Part shown: one piece after another, positions 1 to 11,831 of the stretch | Layout of the letters: each line of letters starts with the position of its first letter | How positions within the stretch are numbered: the stretch's first letter is position 1 | Assembly (NCBI GenBank): GCA_047495785.1 | Contig: JBLDXI010000021.1 | Span: 1,860,001-1,924,000, forward strand | Length of the DNA: 64,000 bases | Reading direction: 5' to 3' | From: Lepidodermella squamata | Taxonomy: Eukaryota; Animalia; Gastrotricha | The notes under the pieces: generated by a model | Database searches by the model: none | What the model was told of the DNA's origin: nothing | The model's input: the letters and a program-made list of their open reading frames with translations, nothing else | Translations under genes and position numbers: made by a program

Positions 1-330
1 TTCACAACTTTGATACGCGCTTCGCTCTAATTTTAAAACAATGCTTCGTGTTACGTTTATTGTGTTTCTCTGCTTGACTCGACTATTTATCTACGCGTAA
101 TTTGAAACGTTACCTGACCACTGTTACTTCATATTTTGGAAAGCCGAAAGCCGCATTCTCATTATAGGCATCCAACGTTCTGAAACGTTACTGGTTACTG
201 GAATCCCCAATCATTTTACAATTTAACACCATTGATTTACTTTTGACCTAACACTGATTGATGTTTTAGTTTATAGGTTGTTTTCATATTACTGTTAGTG
301 GTGCAAGTATTACGTCCACCTGCCTCCACT

Positions 331-3300
331 ATGGTTTCCAACCGATTCTTTGTTGCCGAATCGATACATTTACTGGTTCTTTTTGTAATCGCTGTAAGCG
401 CTACTAAGCAAGGTAAGCTTTACAATTGCGATTTATGGTTCAATTAAATATAGCCATCTTTCGATTAGGCTGTCTCGAAATTCAATCACAATCTGTTAAT
501 TTTGTACAACTTACAAAAAACGTGAAACGCGAAAACACCGCTATCAGCGTTGCCATTAATTGTTGTCCAAACGACCTTTGCTGCTCCCCCGGAATTTTCG
601 AGTCTAGCTATGTTTTTCAACCAAATGGCAGATGCTTGAAGCAGTCATTACTTTCACGCGGCCAGCAAGCATTGACTTGCACAGATAACACTTCGCCCAG
701 CGTACCAGCTCACCAGCGTCGTGCAACTATCACTGGCGTTCGCAACGGCTTCTCTCTGAGGTGCCTTTACTCCGATGAAAATGACGAGCCAGTGGACGAC
801 TCAGTAACTGTAAAAATCAAGGGTAAGTCGCAGTCACATTTCCGATTAACTTCTTAATAATTATTCGGCTTAGTTTTGCCACAACTCATCTCGTTTACAC
901 AACAAATCGTCGATCAATCTGAACGGAACGAACGAGGCGTACTGCTGGTTTGCAAAGCTGCACTGGGCTCATATACCGCCGATTCAGTGGAGCTATCTTT
1001 TGCGAATTTCACGAATTCTGAACCTCAGGGTCTGATCGGCTCTACCCGGTGGGATGAAAAAATTACCCGTGAATTGACCGGCAAAGAAGTTAGTTTTTGA
1101 ATTGTTTTGTTAACATGTTTCGATTTTTCCCGTCTTCCAGAAAGAGATTGCAGATCATTTACGGACAGAACTGAATCTCACTGCCCCGTATGAGTTGGAG
1201 CTAAAGCATTTCGTTCCTGACCGGTTGGTCTTCTGGCGCAATCTGACTGTAGGCTGCCAGTTGAAACTTGCGACTAAGGAGGATCGTCAAGATCGCATTG
1301 AGTTTGAAAATCTTGACCAAGCCAAGAAATTGATGTTGGTAAATGAGCACAGCCTTGAAAGTAAGTTGAAAAAGAACTCGCAAGAATGAGAAACGAAATA
1401 TATGTTTGCTTTAGCGCTCCCGAAAGTGGAACTGATTTACGATGGTCTCACCAAGCGGCTAAAATGCTCCACATACTCTTTCCCCAAGGCTACAAGCATC
1501 AAGTATGATTTGTAATTATTTTTTGTGAAATTATAATATCATTTGTGAATTATAGATGGTCTTATGCCGTTGCTCGTGGGCAAAATTTTACCGATATTCC
1601 ATCTACAAATGTGTCAGCTGTTGAGGTCGTATCCCCTGACTGGTACGTGTCATGGTACAACGGCCCCTTCGATCCGAAGAGTGTCTATCGCTGTGCCGTT
1701 CAGAACTCTGTTGGTACAACCATCGGCGAATTAGGTTTGTTTTGAATAAAGTGAAATAATTCATACCTGAATGACATTTACTAATCGCATCGAGCTATTT
1801 AATTAGTTAGCGAGATCTAGCCTATCTTGTATTTAGCTCCAGAATGTATTCCTTTAAATTTCCTGTGATGAAACCAAATAACGATTTTACCTGCTTGAAA
1901 AATCTGAACTAAGCCAAGAGAGGATTAGTATGCATCATTTTTCCGAAATTTGAATTATTTGAATGGATCGATGCATTTAACTGAAAGAAATCGACCACCC
2001 CTTTCCGCATTTATCGTTTGTTGATCTATTTGTTTAAGTGTATGCTGTCTTTCTATGTGTTTGTTACTAAAAAAATAACAGAATATCAAGGTATGGTTTG
2101 CCTTTAATTTACGATTTTCATTTCTAGAGTGTACATAGCCACCGTTATTTTTCGAGTGCTACATTATACGAAGTCTCTCTTAGCTCTCACTGTTACCGAT
2201 TATTTTCGTTTTCGTAAAATTTTATTTTGTCGAGAGCATCAACTCCATCTGTCTAATGGCCCAATCGTTGGCTGCTGACGATTATTTACCGAAAGCTCTC
2301 CCATATTTCGTTTCGTAGTTCTTTGTCACCCCCACGATTTTTGCCGTGAATGCTTATCGTTGGCTATGTAACTTTAACCCAACCCTGCAACGTTCGTAAA
2401 ATTAATTGGTAGTGGTTCGGGCGCGGTAGAAGTAATTTTCATGGTAGTGCACTAACGGTAGCAGTTTAATCGTAACGTTAATGATCGCATTTGAATAACC
2501 CTAATGTGCACCGAAAATAGACCTGACGACCACCAGTCCCGTGACCGTCAGTGCCACTAGCACAACCGTAGCTGTCATGGTTACCTTTGGTAATCATGAA
2601 ATTTGGGACCCGAAGTATGGTATGTACGACTCGGGAATATTTTACTGCGACAGTTTTACTGGGCGGCCATCATTCTTTCAATGGCCGTCATCTTCATTTC
2701 TGAGAAGCAAACGATTTTGAAGCATAATATCACGTTTTAACATCACGCTTGATTTCTGCTTTATTTTTTATTGCATGCACCCTTATGATCATTTACCTAC
2801 TATATCTATTTCTATCTGTTCACTTTCATCATTTCGTTGACATCATCGAAATTCAGCCATTAACAATTACTAACACTTGGAGTTAAATGCAGCGTGCAAG
2901 GCAAAACGCGTTGCATGGCAGTGAATAAATGAAAAGCAGAGTGTGTTTGACGCATCATTTAATTCTTTTATTTTGTTTTTTTTTCTTTCTCTTCATGGAT
3001 TGTCAACTTTTCAACTTGGCCAGGCCCACCTAGCCCAATGGACGGTATGCTTCAATACCTTTAAGTTTGAATATGCGTTTCAAACATTTTATCCTGCCGT
3101 GTTTTAGGTCAATTTCCGTTCTACTGGGTCATTGTGGTCGTCGGCATTCTCATCATTTTCGCAGTAGCGATCGCTGTGATTCTTCACCTGCGGAAGCGAG
3201 GTATTAAAATTGCATAGCTGGGCATTTTAGTTTCATTTAATCTTTTGTCATCTGTATTTACAGCTGGACCCGAGTACAAATCCGGCAAACGAGGTGAGAA

Positions 3301-4271
3301 AACGTTTTACCTACGTTCGTGTATGTAGCGGGCGCACTCGATAAAGCCGATGTTACAATCAGATGAGAGTGTATTTATTCAAAAATATCCGTGTTCATGA
3401 GGCGATCGCAGCAACTTCGCCGTCGATCTTTCATGATTATTCGCGCTGTTTGATTTGTTTAACGTTTCAGTCTTTTCGCGCATTATCACTTCTAATCTCG
3501 CGCGAGCTGTAACTAAGAAGCAGCGAACAAACGTTAAGGATTGTGCTTTTGCTCACAATCCGATGTGTTTATAATACAGCCGATTCACGCTGTCCGTACT
3601 CGCGCGTTTTCTTTGCTAAGATGATAGTGATAGCAAAAAATGGTTTCTTTTGCTTGAAAACTGTAAATTCCATTATACGTCTGGGTTTGGTTTACATTTT
3701 AAGAAAAAATATTTCGCCCGGGCGTTGTCTTGAAGTATAATTGATAGGCATGTGCCCGTTGCTAATAACCACGTACTAGATAACTGCGCCGCGCTGGCCT
3801 CGAAATTTCGCGTTGCGGCTGCAGATTCAATTAATAATTTGGTGCATGTTCAGTGGTAATAACTGGCCGTTGAAGTGCGAGCCGCTGCGCTTCCCCTGTG
3901 TGTTATTAGCTCGCCTGTCCAGACCGCGTGAAGAGCCCTTCAACGCGTCATTATCACACGCAGCGCATGATAGAAAAGAGCGAGGCAGGGCGGGTGGTCG
4001 TATCGCGTTGTCACCTGCCTGTCGAAACGGCCACGACAGGCCTTGGCGTACCTAATAATGCGGAGTGAAATGAAATGATGTGAAATGATGATGATGAATT
4101 GATTTTGTTTCAGGTGATGCGATCGACGATGAGGAACAACAGCGGCTACAAGACAGCGCAAAGGGTGGTTTGACCGATGCGGCGAGTGGCTCGAACGAAA
4201 TGGCAGATGTAAAAGTGTCTTCTAACTCGCCTCGCCCTGATGGCTCGAACGGCAAGGTACAACCTATCTAG
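331..4271 (+). CDS. Single-pass type I membrane protein with Ig-like domain(s), Thr/Pro-rich stalk and micro-exons
   Basis: Signal peptide MVSNRFFVAESIHLLVLFVIAVSA (331-411). Phase-consistent GT-AG exons at 469-822, 874-1088, 1141-1360, 1415-1502, 1556-1734, 2082-2090, 2521-2589, 3024-3044, 3108-3200, 3264-3293, 4114-4271. Ig-like LKC...W...YRCAVQNSVG; TM segment FYWVIVVVGILIIFAVAIAVIL followed by RKR. Confidence 0.75.
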
Positions 4272-6499
4272 TCGAAATTAAAAAGTAGTTCTCGAAAACG
4301 AGTTTGAAACGGGAAAAAATGATTTCAAAATCGATTTTAATCTTGAAAGATTCGGGTTGAAATTCCACACAAATTTTCACGGATTTGAGAACAGCACATC
4401 ATGAGTTGAATTTTTGTTAAAATATTGTTTTTTTTCTTTTCAACCGTCCAGTCAACTGATGTTCTCTGAGCTGCAGTGATTGTTGTTCCCGATGTGACTG
4501 CAAGACAATTTTATAACTGAAATACACGTTCTACCAGTACAATTTCAAAATACTACTGCCGTTCGAGTACACGCCACTACTTTTGTTGAGAAGAAATATA
4601 ATCTGACATCTTTTCTCTCTTGTTCTGCTCTATTTGTTACTGTCTGTTTACTACTTCTGGTTTGATTTGTACAGTCAATAATTACAATTTTATTGCTTAA
4701 TAATCATGAAAAAAATTCGATGAATTCGAGCTAATTCTACGCAAATTGCTGACTTCGACAAGACAATCAATTTTACGAGACAATGTTGCAATAGCGTAGA
4801 TTTTTGCCCAGTTTTGCTACTTCTCTGATCAAAATCACCCACGGGCACTAGCTGAATGTCCCCATTTACACCTCGGCAGCTCTCTAGATATTACCGTCAT
4901 ATCTGATAATGAGACAATAGCAATATTCTTTATTTTTGTTAAAACTTGGCTGCCTGCCCTCGACGAGAGGATCCGGCTCGTTGTTGCATGTCGATGAACT
5001 TGGTGCGTTTCAACCCTTGATTCTTTAGCAAATCATCTTCCTATCATGAAAATTTGAGCAGCTTAGATCTGAACGTAACTAATTTCCTTCTTCGCCAGTT
5101 GCCAATATTTCGAATTTTACTCATTCGCTTGTAACACGTTGGATGTTTGTTTTGTTTTAATTCCGTATATACTACAAGCGTCGCTTTGATGACTATCACG
5201 TTGGGTCGAGATATTTTTTTTACGTACGAAATAGTGTATACTCATATCCATAAATGCATAAATGGTTAATCGATCGCTAGCTTGTGTAAAAAAATATACA
5301 TGAATCTGTTGAATTTTAAGAATTCTTAGTTGTGGCTTTTCATTATCCACACTCTGACCCGCCAAGCCCGGTGGTTTTTGGTCGTGGCGGCGTCGTTTGC
5401 GCTCGATTTTGCGGAGTACCACACAAACACACAAAATTTGATTTTACTGATCAAGCTCAACAGGTTTTTCGACCTTTTTGCGAACTAGTGCAACTTACGT
5501 TAGGGTTTTCTGTTCTAATTTCAAAATCTTTTTGCCTCTATGTCATAACTATAACTAATTTTTGTGAATCGCCAGCCCTCCTTCTCTTCGTGGAAATCGA
5601 TTGAAGTTTTTTTTCCGATCCGCCAAGTGTGTGATTTAAAAGACAAGCGGTGGCTGCTGCTTAGTTACGAAAAGCCCCTGTTGCTTCACAAGAACTTATT
5701 ATTTGTTACTTATATTCCCAAGTGGAAAGCTTTCGCTGAAGAAGGCTTCTAGTCCGATTGGCTTCTGGCGGCCTGAACAGCCGCCAAACAATGTCACATT
5801 TTTCCTCGATTGTGCGCTCGTTAGTTTTTGATAAACAACAAATCCTGTATGTACTTGTAAAATACTTTGATATCTATATATCTTACATCTGCTTGTGATT
5901 TCAAGCCTAGTATTCTTCATGAATATTCTGTTACTCTATCATCAATATGCATCTCTGCGTTGATCTTATTTTCTTGTTAATATTGCGTCTTCTGTATCAT
6001 CTTACAATAAAAATTAATAAATAATTAACGCTAATAATATAAACTCCTCTGATAACAAACAAGAAGCCGGAATCGATATGCGCGCTCTATCATCACCGCT
6101 ATCCTTATTGCTGTCTTCTTTTCTCACGCCGTTTTGTGATTTTGCTGGCGAATCGGACGATCAGAATAGCGCTAATTTTTGAAGCAAGCCTATCATCAAT
6201 TTTATTAAGATTTAACGTTTGTTCATGATACAGAAAGAAATTACAGAGAAGATCATCTAATTCAAGGTTGCGCGTTTGCGACAAATCTTTTACTGTCTTG
6301 TTTTATCGGCCAACTTGTAATAACTCACTAAAATGAAAATTTTATCGATATCGTTGAAATCTACATATTCTTATGCGCCATGTATTAATCTCTCTATGTG
6401 TCTTCATTATGTACTACATACTAATACGTTCTCTGTGGAAGCAGCTGGGCTTACCGTCGGAAGACGAAGAAGGGATATTTGGAAAAATGATTAAATAAA

Positions 6500-8050
6500 A
6501 CGCGTTTTTGGATTAACCGCCGAGTTTTGATTCCGTATCAGCCAGGAACTCAGTCGGCACACAAGAGCTATTTCCCAGAGGGACCAGCAAAATAAAATGT
6601 GAAAATTTCGGAGAAGGTTCACAAGTTCCTCGATGAGAATACTTTCCGAACTGATGAGTAGGATCTTCTAGTGACGTCCAATTAAATGAGGCGGGTGTTG
6701 GCCACACAGTTTTAAAATAATGTTTTATAGTGTGATCCTGGATGATTAAATCCGATGATAAACATATCAGGAAAATAGCTCCGCCAGACCTCATTGGCGA
6801 CTTCAGCTTCTAAAATTGGCCCACTTTGTCAAGGGAAAAATTGAAGGTGGCAAGTGAGAACCCATGGTTATGAACTGTTGGACTGTTACTGCCCCTATCC
6901 ATGAAATGAATGCAGTCACTCGTCACTCTAAAGTCGAAAAAAATTCCAATACTTCCGAACTCTTAATCAAACAAAGAGCTGGACTCAAGTCACCTTGGCA
7001 TCTTCGACTCGCCCCAAACTCCATCTAACGCGCGATCTAACGGTGCCGGAAAACAGTCAGATGAGGTCGCGGGGATGGAATAGCGAATTTTTCAAGACAA
7101 AGACCCTTGAGTAGCCCAAGTTACTGTTGGATAGATAAATAAAATATTATAACAGGCTACCTGCATCACACCTGTTTAACTCTGGAATCATCAAAGTTCT
7201 GTTGAAATTTTTCCAAAGCGTTGTCTGTTTTGAGCATCTAGATTTGCCTTGCCTTGGGCCTGTGACGGTACCCACCGGATGGGTCTTTTCGCCACCCTCG
7301 ATATTTTTTATTCCCAAGTCGCCCCATTTCGGCATGTAAAAGTGACTGTAAAAGCCGTCTCTCCACACAGCTTCGAAGCATTATTTTCATTTTTCATAGC
7401 CACTCAGTTTAGACTTGTAAATTGAACCTACCTTACGTTCAGAAGCCGCTGAAATTTCGGCTAGAGTAGGGAACGCGAATTGAGTCACTTGCCGCGAGTA
7501 GTGAAAGTGTACTATACACGACCCGGTCATTTTTTTTACCCGAAACAAGGGACATGAATAAATCCTGAACACTTATTGGAGCCATGAGACGTGTCAGGAC
7601 TCGGCGGCTTCAAAGCTCCCGTTATCCGGAGATGCTGACGTCGTAGAAGAAAGAACGACCACTGCTAATGAGGTTATTTTAGGCCATACATAGGCCTTTG
7701 GACCTTATTGATAGCATTGGTGCTTCACATTTTCTGCAGTCTGATAGCTTCCGTTATCAATATGGTCACATTATTGGAGGAGCGTGAGAGGCTCTAGGAG
7801 TCTCCAAACATTTCATTATGACTAGGATAATGACCACCACAGGAATCCCACTTAGGTCATTCCAATTGCATCAATTCTTCAACCAATTTTCAGCCAGGCA
7901 AGAAAAGTTAGTTTCCTGCACTGTTTGTCTGGAGCTCAGCTTTTTAAAACCTGGCATTTAGCGACTGATGTCACTGTGCAGCAATAGACCATGAACCTTT
8001 CCCAAATGCTGAAATATAGTAGGTAACTCAGAAGAACTCAAAAACTGCAA
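6500..8050 (-). mobile_element. Heavily decayed RLE-class non-LTR retrotransposon relic (NeSL/R2/HERO-like RT and linker)
   Basis: Frame-broken motifs in the expected order on the minus strand: SAFG(K)V-HGLL (~8000, cf. NAFGSVPH), GDS*S (~7800), SFFYDVSI (~7640, cf. FADD), IYKSKLSGYEK (~7410), FYMPKWGDLGIKNIE (~7320, cf. YLPxxxGGLG), VWPTPASFNW (~6690, cf. LPTPANLxxW). Many stops; boundaries approximate. Confidence 0.5.
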
Positions 8051-8169
8051 ATAGATTTATTCAAAGCGTGAAAAATTGAGTATTAAAAACGAGATCACAA
8101 TTGTGGATTTTATCTCACGTAAACAAAATGACAAATAGGAATGCCAGATATATAGGTATAGGAAGGTGT

Positions 8170-8605
8170 TCATCGTGAGCTTGGAGCGTAAACTGGTTGC
8201 ACAAAATGGACCAAAAACCACAGCGCGGCGCCACCCAACACAAAGAGGACTGAGAGCGCGATTATCAAACTTCGCCATATTGAATGCATTTCGTATTTCT
8301 GCAAGAATCAAACATAGTAAACCATCAAAAATTTACCTACTAAAAAATTACCACTATAAGATTTGCCAAGTCTGCTTGCTGCGGCTCACCTCGAGGAATA
8401 TTAAACAAAATTATTGTTATGATCACAGCAATCAGCAGCATTCCGATGCCCGCAGCCCTTCATTTTAATATAAAATTAGCCAATGACACGATTCGGTAAA
8501 ATGTAATTACTTTAATCCGCCTGGCTCTCGAGTAAAGGCGATGGCTAGTAGCGTGCATATGATCCATACTGCCATCAGAATTATTATGCCATCTCCGATA
8601 ATCAT
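8170..8605 (-). CDS. TMEM218: Transmembrane protein 218 (ciliary transition zone); missed by the ORF track
   Basis: Three exons (8605-8511, 8457-8352, 8298-8170) separated by two 53-nt GT-AG introns encode MIIGDGIIILMAVWIICTLLAIAFTREPGGLKAAGIGMLLIAVIITIILFNIPRGE...WRSLIIALSVLFVLGGAALWFLVHFVQPVYAP. Three TM helices with the PR and HxxxPxYA motifs of TMEM218. Confidence 0.85.
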
Positions 8606-8736
8606 CTCTGTAGTAAGAACCTAATATAAAAAATGAGGGACGTAAAGCTAGCTATTTTTTGGAAAACAGAAATTCGACTTGGCAAAGAATTTGCGATGAA
8701 CAGATTTTAAATTTGAGCAGTGGCCCTGGCAAAGTT

Positions 8737-9879
8737 TCACTTCGGCTTTGTTTCGCTATCAGAAACTGTGCGAATGAAGATCTGGTTCTTTGGCATAGGA
8801 TCAATAGCGCCAAATTCGAAGAGATAAGAAGCCGCGATGACCAGCATTGAGCCGTCGTGAGAAAAGCACATCGAGGAAATTGAAGTGGGATATTGGTGCA
8901 GCTGGCAGAGGCGTTTTTTGTTAAAACCGTCCCAAATGTTGACAAATCCATCCGAACCACCCGTTGCAAAAGTGTTGTAAGTGTTGTGGAAAGCGATCGA
9001 GTTGACTGGATACACCTTCTCGACATTGCCCTCCTTAATTCGGTGGCACTTAAAAGCGTATTTCTTCTTCTGAAACTCGGAGCTTGGGTTGAAGTATTCG
9101 ATAGCAACACGGCCTTCGATTGAACTTTGAGCGTATCCCATACCGTTCGGGAAACAACGGATTGCACGAGTTTGGTATTTCAAACTGCTTTCTCGCCGCT
9201 GAGTTGGCATTTGAGTATTCCGGAGGTCCCAAATAAGAACCTTGCGTCCTGCTGTGCCAACGACTAGAGTCTCACCTACGGTATCCATAGTATACACCTG
9301 ATGGTAAGCATGTATTATTCCACACCACGTCTAATTCCGCCTAAACGTACCCTCTCTTGCGCTTGCAGAGTTGTGAACGTTCCAGCTACTCGAGGGTCCC
9401 ATAACTTAATTGTCCGATCCCAGCTGCCTGTAATCAGCTGGCTTGTCTCGTTGCAATAGCGAACGCATCGAATAGCTTGACTGTGATTACCGATCGGTTT
9501 TTCTGTAACAGCAATAATTTACCGAGGACATTTTTAGGTTTTCTAAGCCGAACCTTGGCCAGTATTGATGTCGTACATCTTCAGTAGGCCATCAAGGTCA
9601 CCAGAATATGCATGAACAGGATCCTAATAAGACGCGAATCATTTTAAAAAGAAAAGGATGATTTTGTGTAATTACTGAGAAGGAACAATCGAGCACAGCT
9701 CTGGGATGGCGGTAGGAAATGCGAAGCGTATCAGCTTTCATATCATAAAGTCGAACCGTTCCGTCCCAAGAAGAGACAAGGAGATGTTGATTAGAACCAG
9801 GGGCGACGTTTACAGCTGAAATAGCGTCATCTGGAGGCCGACTGAGAACCAACTCCCCCGCATTACCACTCTCGGGCAT
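8737..9879 (-). CDS. BUB3: Mitotic checkpoint WD40 protein BUB3 (multi-exon)
   Basis: PPDDAIS, LLVSSWDGTVRLYD, RESSLKYQTR, SSIEGRVA, KYAFKCHR, YPVN, TFATGGSDGFVNIWDGFNKKRLCQ; about 50-nt GT-AG introns. Confidence 0.96.
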
Positions 9880-10025
9880 TTTCAAAATTCAAAATTCCTA
9901 TTGGAATGGCGGAAAAAATGAATCAACAAATATGGTGTATTTTCCAAAAATAAGGTGAGATTTACAATGACAAGATTGACATGTTCTATTGCAAAATATT
10001 AATCTTTCGTTGTGAATAATGATCA

Positions 10026-10809
10026 TCATTTGAAATGACTTTCGATGATTTTGTCAAGTTTTTCAAGACCAGATGGTGAACCATTAGGAGGTAAAGAAAT
10101 CGTGATAATCTCGCGATCGGGATTTTTAACCAATCCTTCCAAGCAAAAATACTTCTCCGCGTCAAGTTCTGCTTCGGCGCTCGATTTTTCCTTCTTGTTG
10201 AAAATAAAGTATACGCTGGCCCCAAGCTGTTTCGCCGATGGTATACACGCAGCAAGCGCCTCGTTCAGCTCGTCCAAAGCAGGCAAATTAGCCAAGTCCA
10301 CTACCACAAAAACTACGCCCGCTGAAGATGTAAACTTTTCCCAGTATTGCCGCTTTTCAATATCACTTGAAACTATGAGGGTCATGTGAATTAGGAACAT
10401 ACAGGCTGCGATTTAGCTAATAATACCCTTAATTAAATCCAGGTTTTTATCCGAAAATTGTGGCTTGAACGTTATCGAGTGGAAACCGTCCGAGCCAGTG
10501 AACAAAGAGCGAGGCTTATGAGTTAAGGCTGCCAATAAGGAAGACTTCCCAGCACCGTCCAGCCCTAGGATAACCACGCGATTCGGCAAAGGTTTCCTCG
10601 GCTATATAATTCAAGTTTAAAAAGGAAACAAACACAGTTTTCGTTTTACAAACCTGAGTGGCGCTTGACACCTCTTCCTTGTAAAGTTTTCGTTTCCGCC
10701 AGAAACTAACTCCGATGGTGATGATTCCAATTCCAGCACCTACGCCAATCACAGCTAAAATTGGCTTACGCCATTCGTATATTTGCGACTTTATCGTTTC
10801 GATCTTCAT
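10026..10809 (-). CDS. ARF-like small GTPase with N-terminal TM anchor (ARL9/ARL10-like), 3 exons
   Basis: Hydrophobic ILAVIGVGAGIGIITIGVSFW; after splicing RVVILGLDGAGKSSLL (G1), RQYWEKF, VVFVVVD, FIFNKKE (G4-like). Confidence 0.72.
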
Positions 10810-11751
10810 TGAAGAAAACAAATCTAAATTCGCAAATAAGTTTCATGCATTTTATACACAGTTACTATGGTATGTATCAATAACAAAACATTGAAAGTGA
10901 TCGTATTTATTCAACTCTGGCTAAGCACTAAGCACAATTCAGCTTATAACTGTATACTTATTTGGACAAAAATAAAGGTACCAGCGCTAGCAAGAAGGAG
11001 GCCGCGACAGAATGGTAAAGGGTAAAGATTATATCGGTGCATGATGCATGACTCATACACGATATGCATACTGCAAAAAATAGTACAAATCGCGATTAGG
11101 CAGTAGATACTTGCTACAGTAGGCACTTACTTATTTCCTGATAGCCATATGCGAAAAGACAACAACATGACGCATATATAGCGTTAAACGTTAAATAAGT
11201 ACTGGGTTTCGATTAACAGGTAACAGCAACGAGGAGTATAAACTACTTATGATCTTTGTTAATTACCAATCTAGTTTATGTGCTATCCATCCAACGTCGA
11301 AAGTGATTCGAAAGTGAAAATTGAAGGTCGAGATAAGAAGCATTTTTAGAAACACTAGAAACAAAGAACTTACAACCTACCTTTGTTATCAAGTTTCTCA
11401 AGATTATTGAATCGCACTGGGGTGTCCACGAGATACTAATCTAAATAATTTATTCGCCAATTATGATCGAGAGAAATAAATTATCCCTTCCCATTCAGGT
11501 TGTACATTGTTATCTGTTATTTACATGTTAAATCGAGCCCAACAAATCAGAAATTCATTAATTGTATTAGAAATAAGGAGGAAGAGGGACCTTTTCAGCT
11601 CTCAGCCAAGCTCTCAGTGCTCAGTCTGACATGGGCGGCTCGGCGTTCGGTAGAACAGACTTTTCGACGATTTTTTGACGCAATATTTTAGCAGGATACT
11701 TTTGCAGTTTCGAGTCATTTATTTCATAAAGATGTTACATATATTTATTCG

Positions 11752-11788
11752 TGCGACGTTTCGGCCACAAAGTGGCCATCGTCAGGCA
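11752..11788 (-). ncRNA. Minimal type I hammerhead ribozyme (left pLTR)
   Basis: Exact reverse complement of 12743-12779, lying just downstream of the GIY-YIG stop codon. Confidence 0.88.
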
Positions 11789-11831
11789 GTATCTAAAAAC
11801 AATCAACAAGATGAAACAGGCTTCAGCAAAC

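Noticed and set aside
41-100. Signal-peptide-like ORF MLRVTFIVFLCLTRLFIYA as first exon of the Ig gene
   Set aside because: Its donor phase gives a stop or frameshift with the downstream acceptors; the ATG at 331 gives a consistent model.
6651-6680. CTGATGAG hammerhead-like core
   Set aside because: No GAAA after a proper stem II.
7760-7850. Plus-strand GHIIGG / Y-RHND resemblance to a LINE zinc knuckle
   Set aside because: Needs several indels; the ordered RT motifs are on the minus strand.
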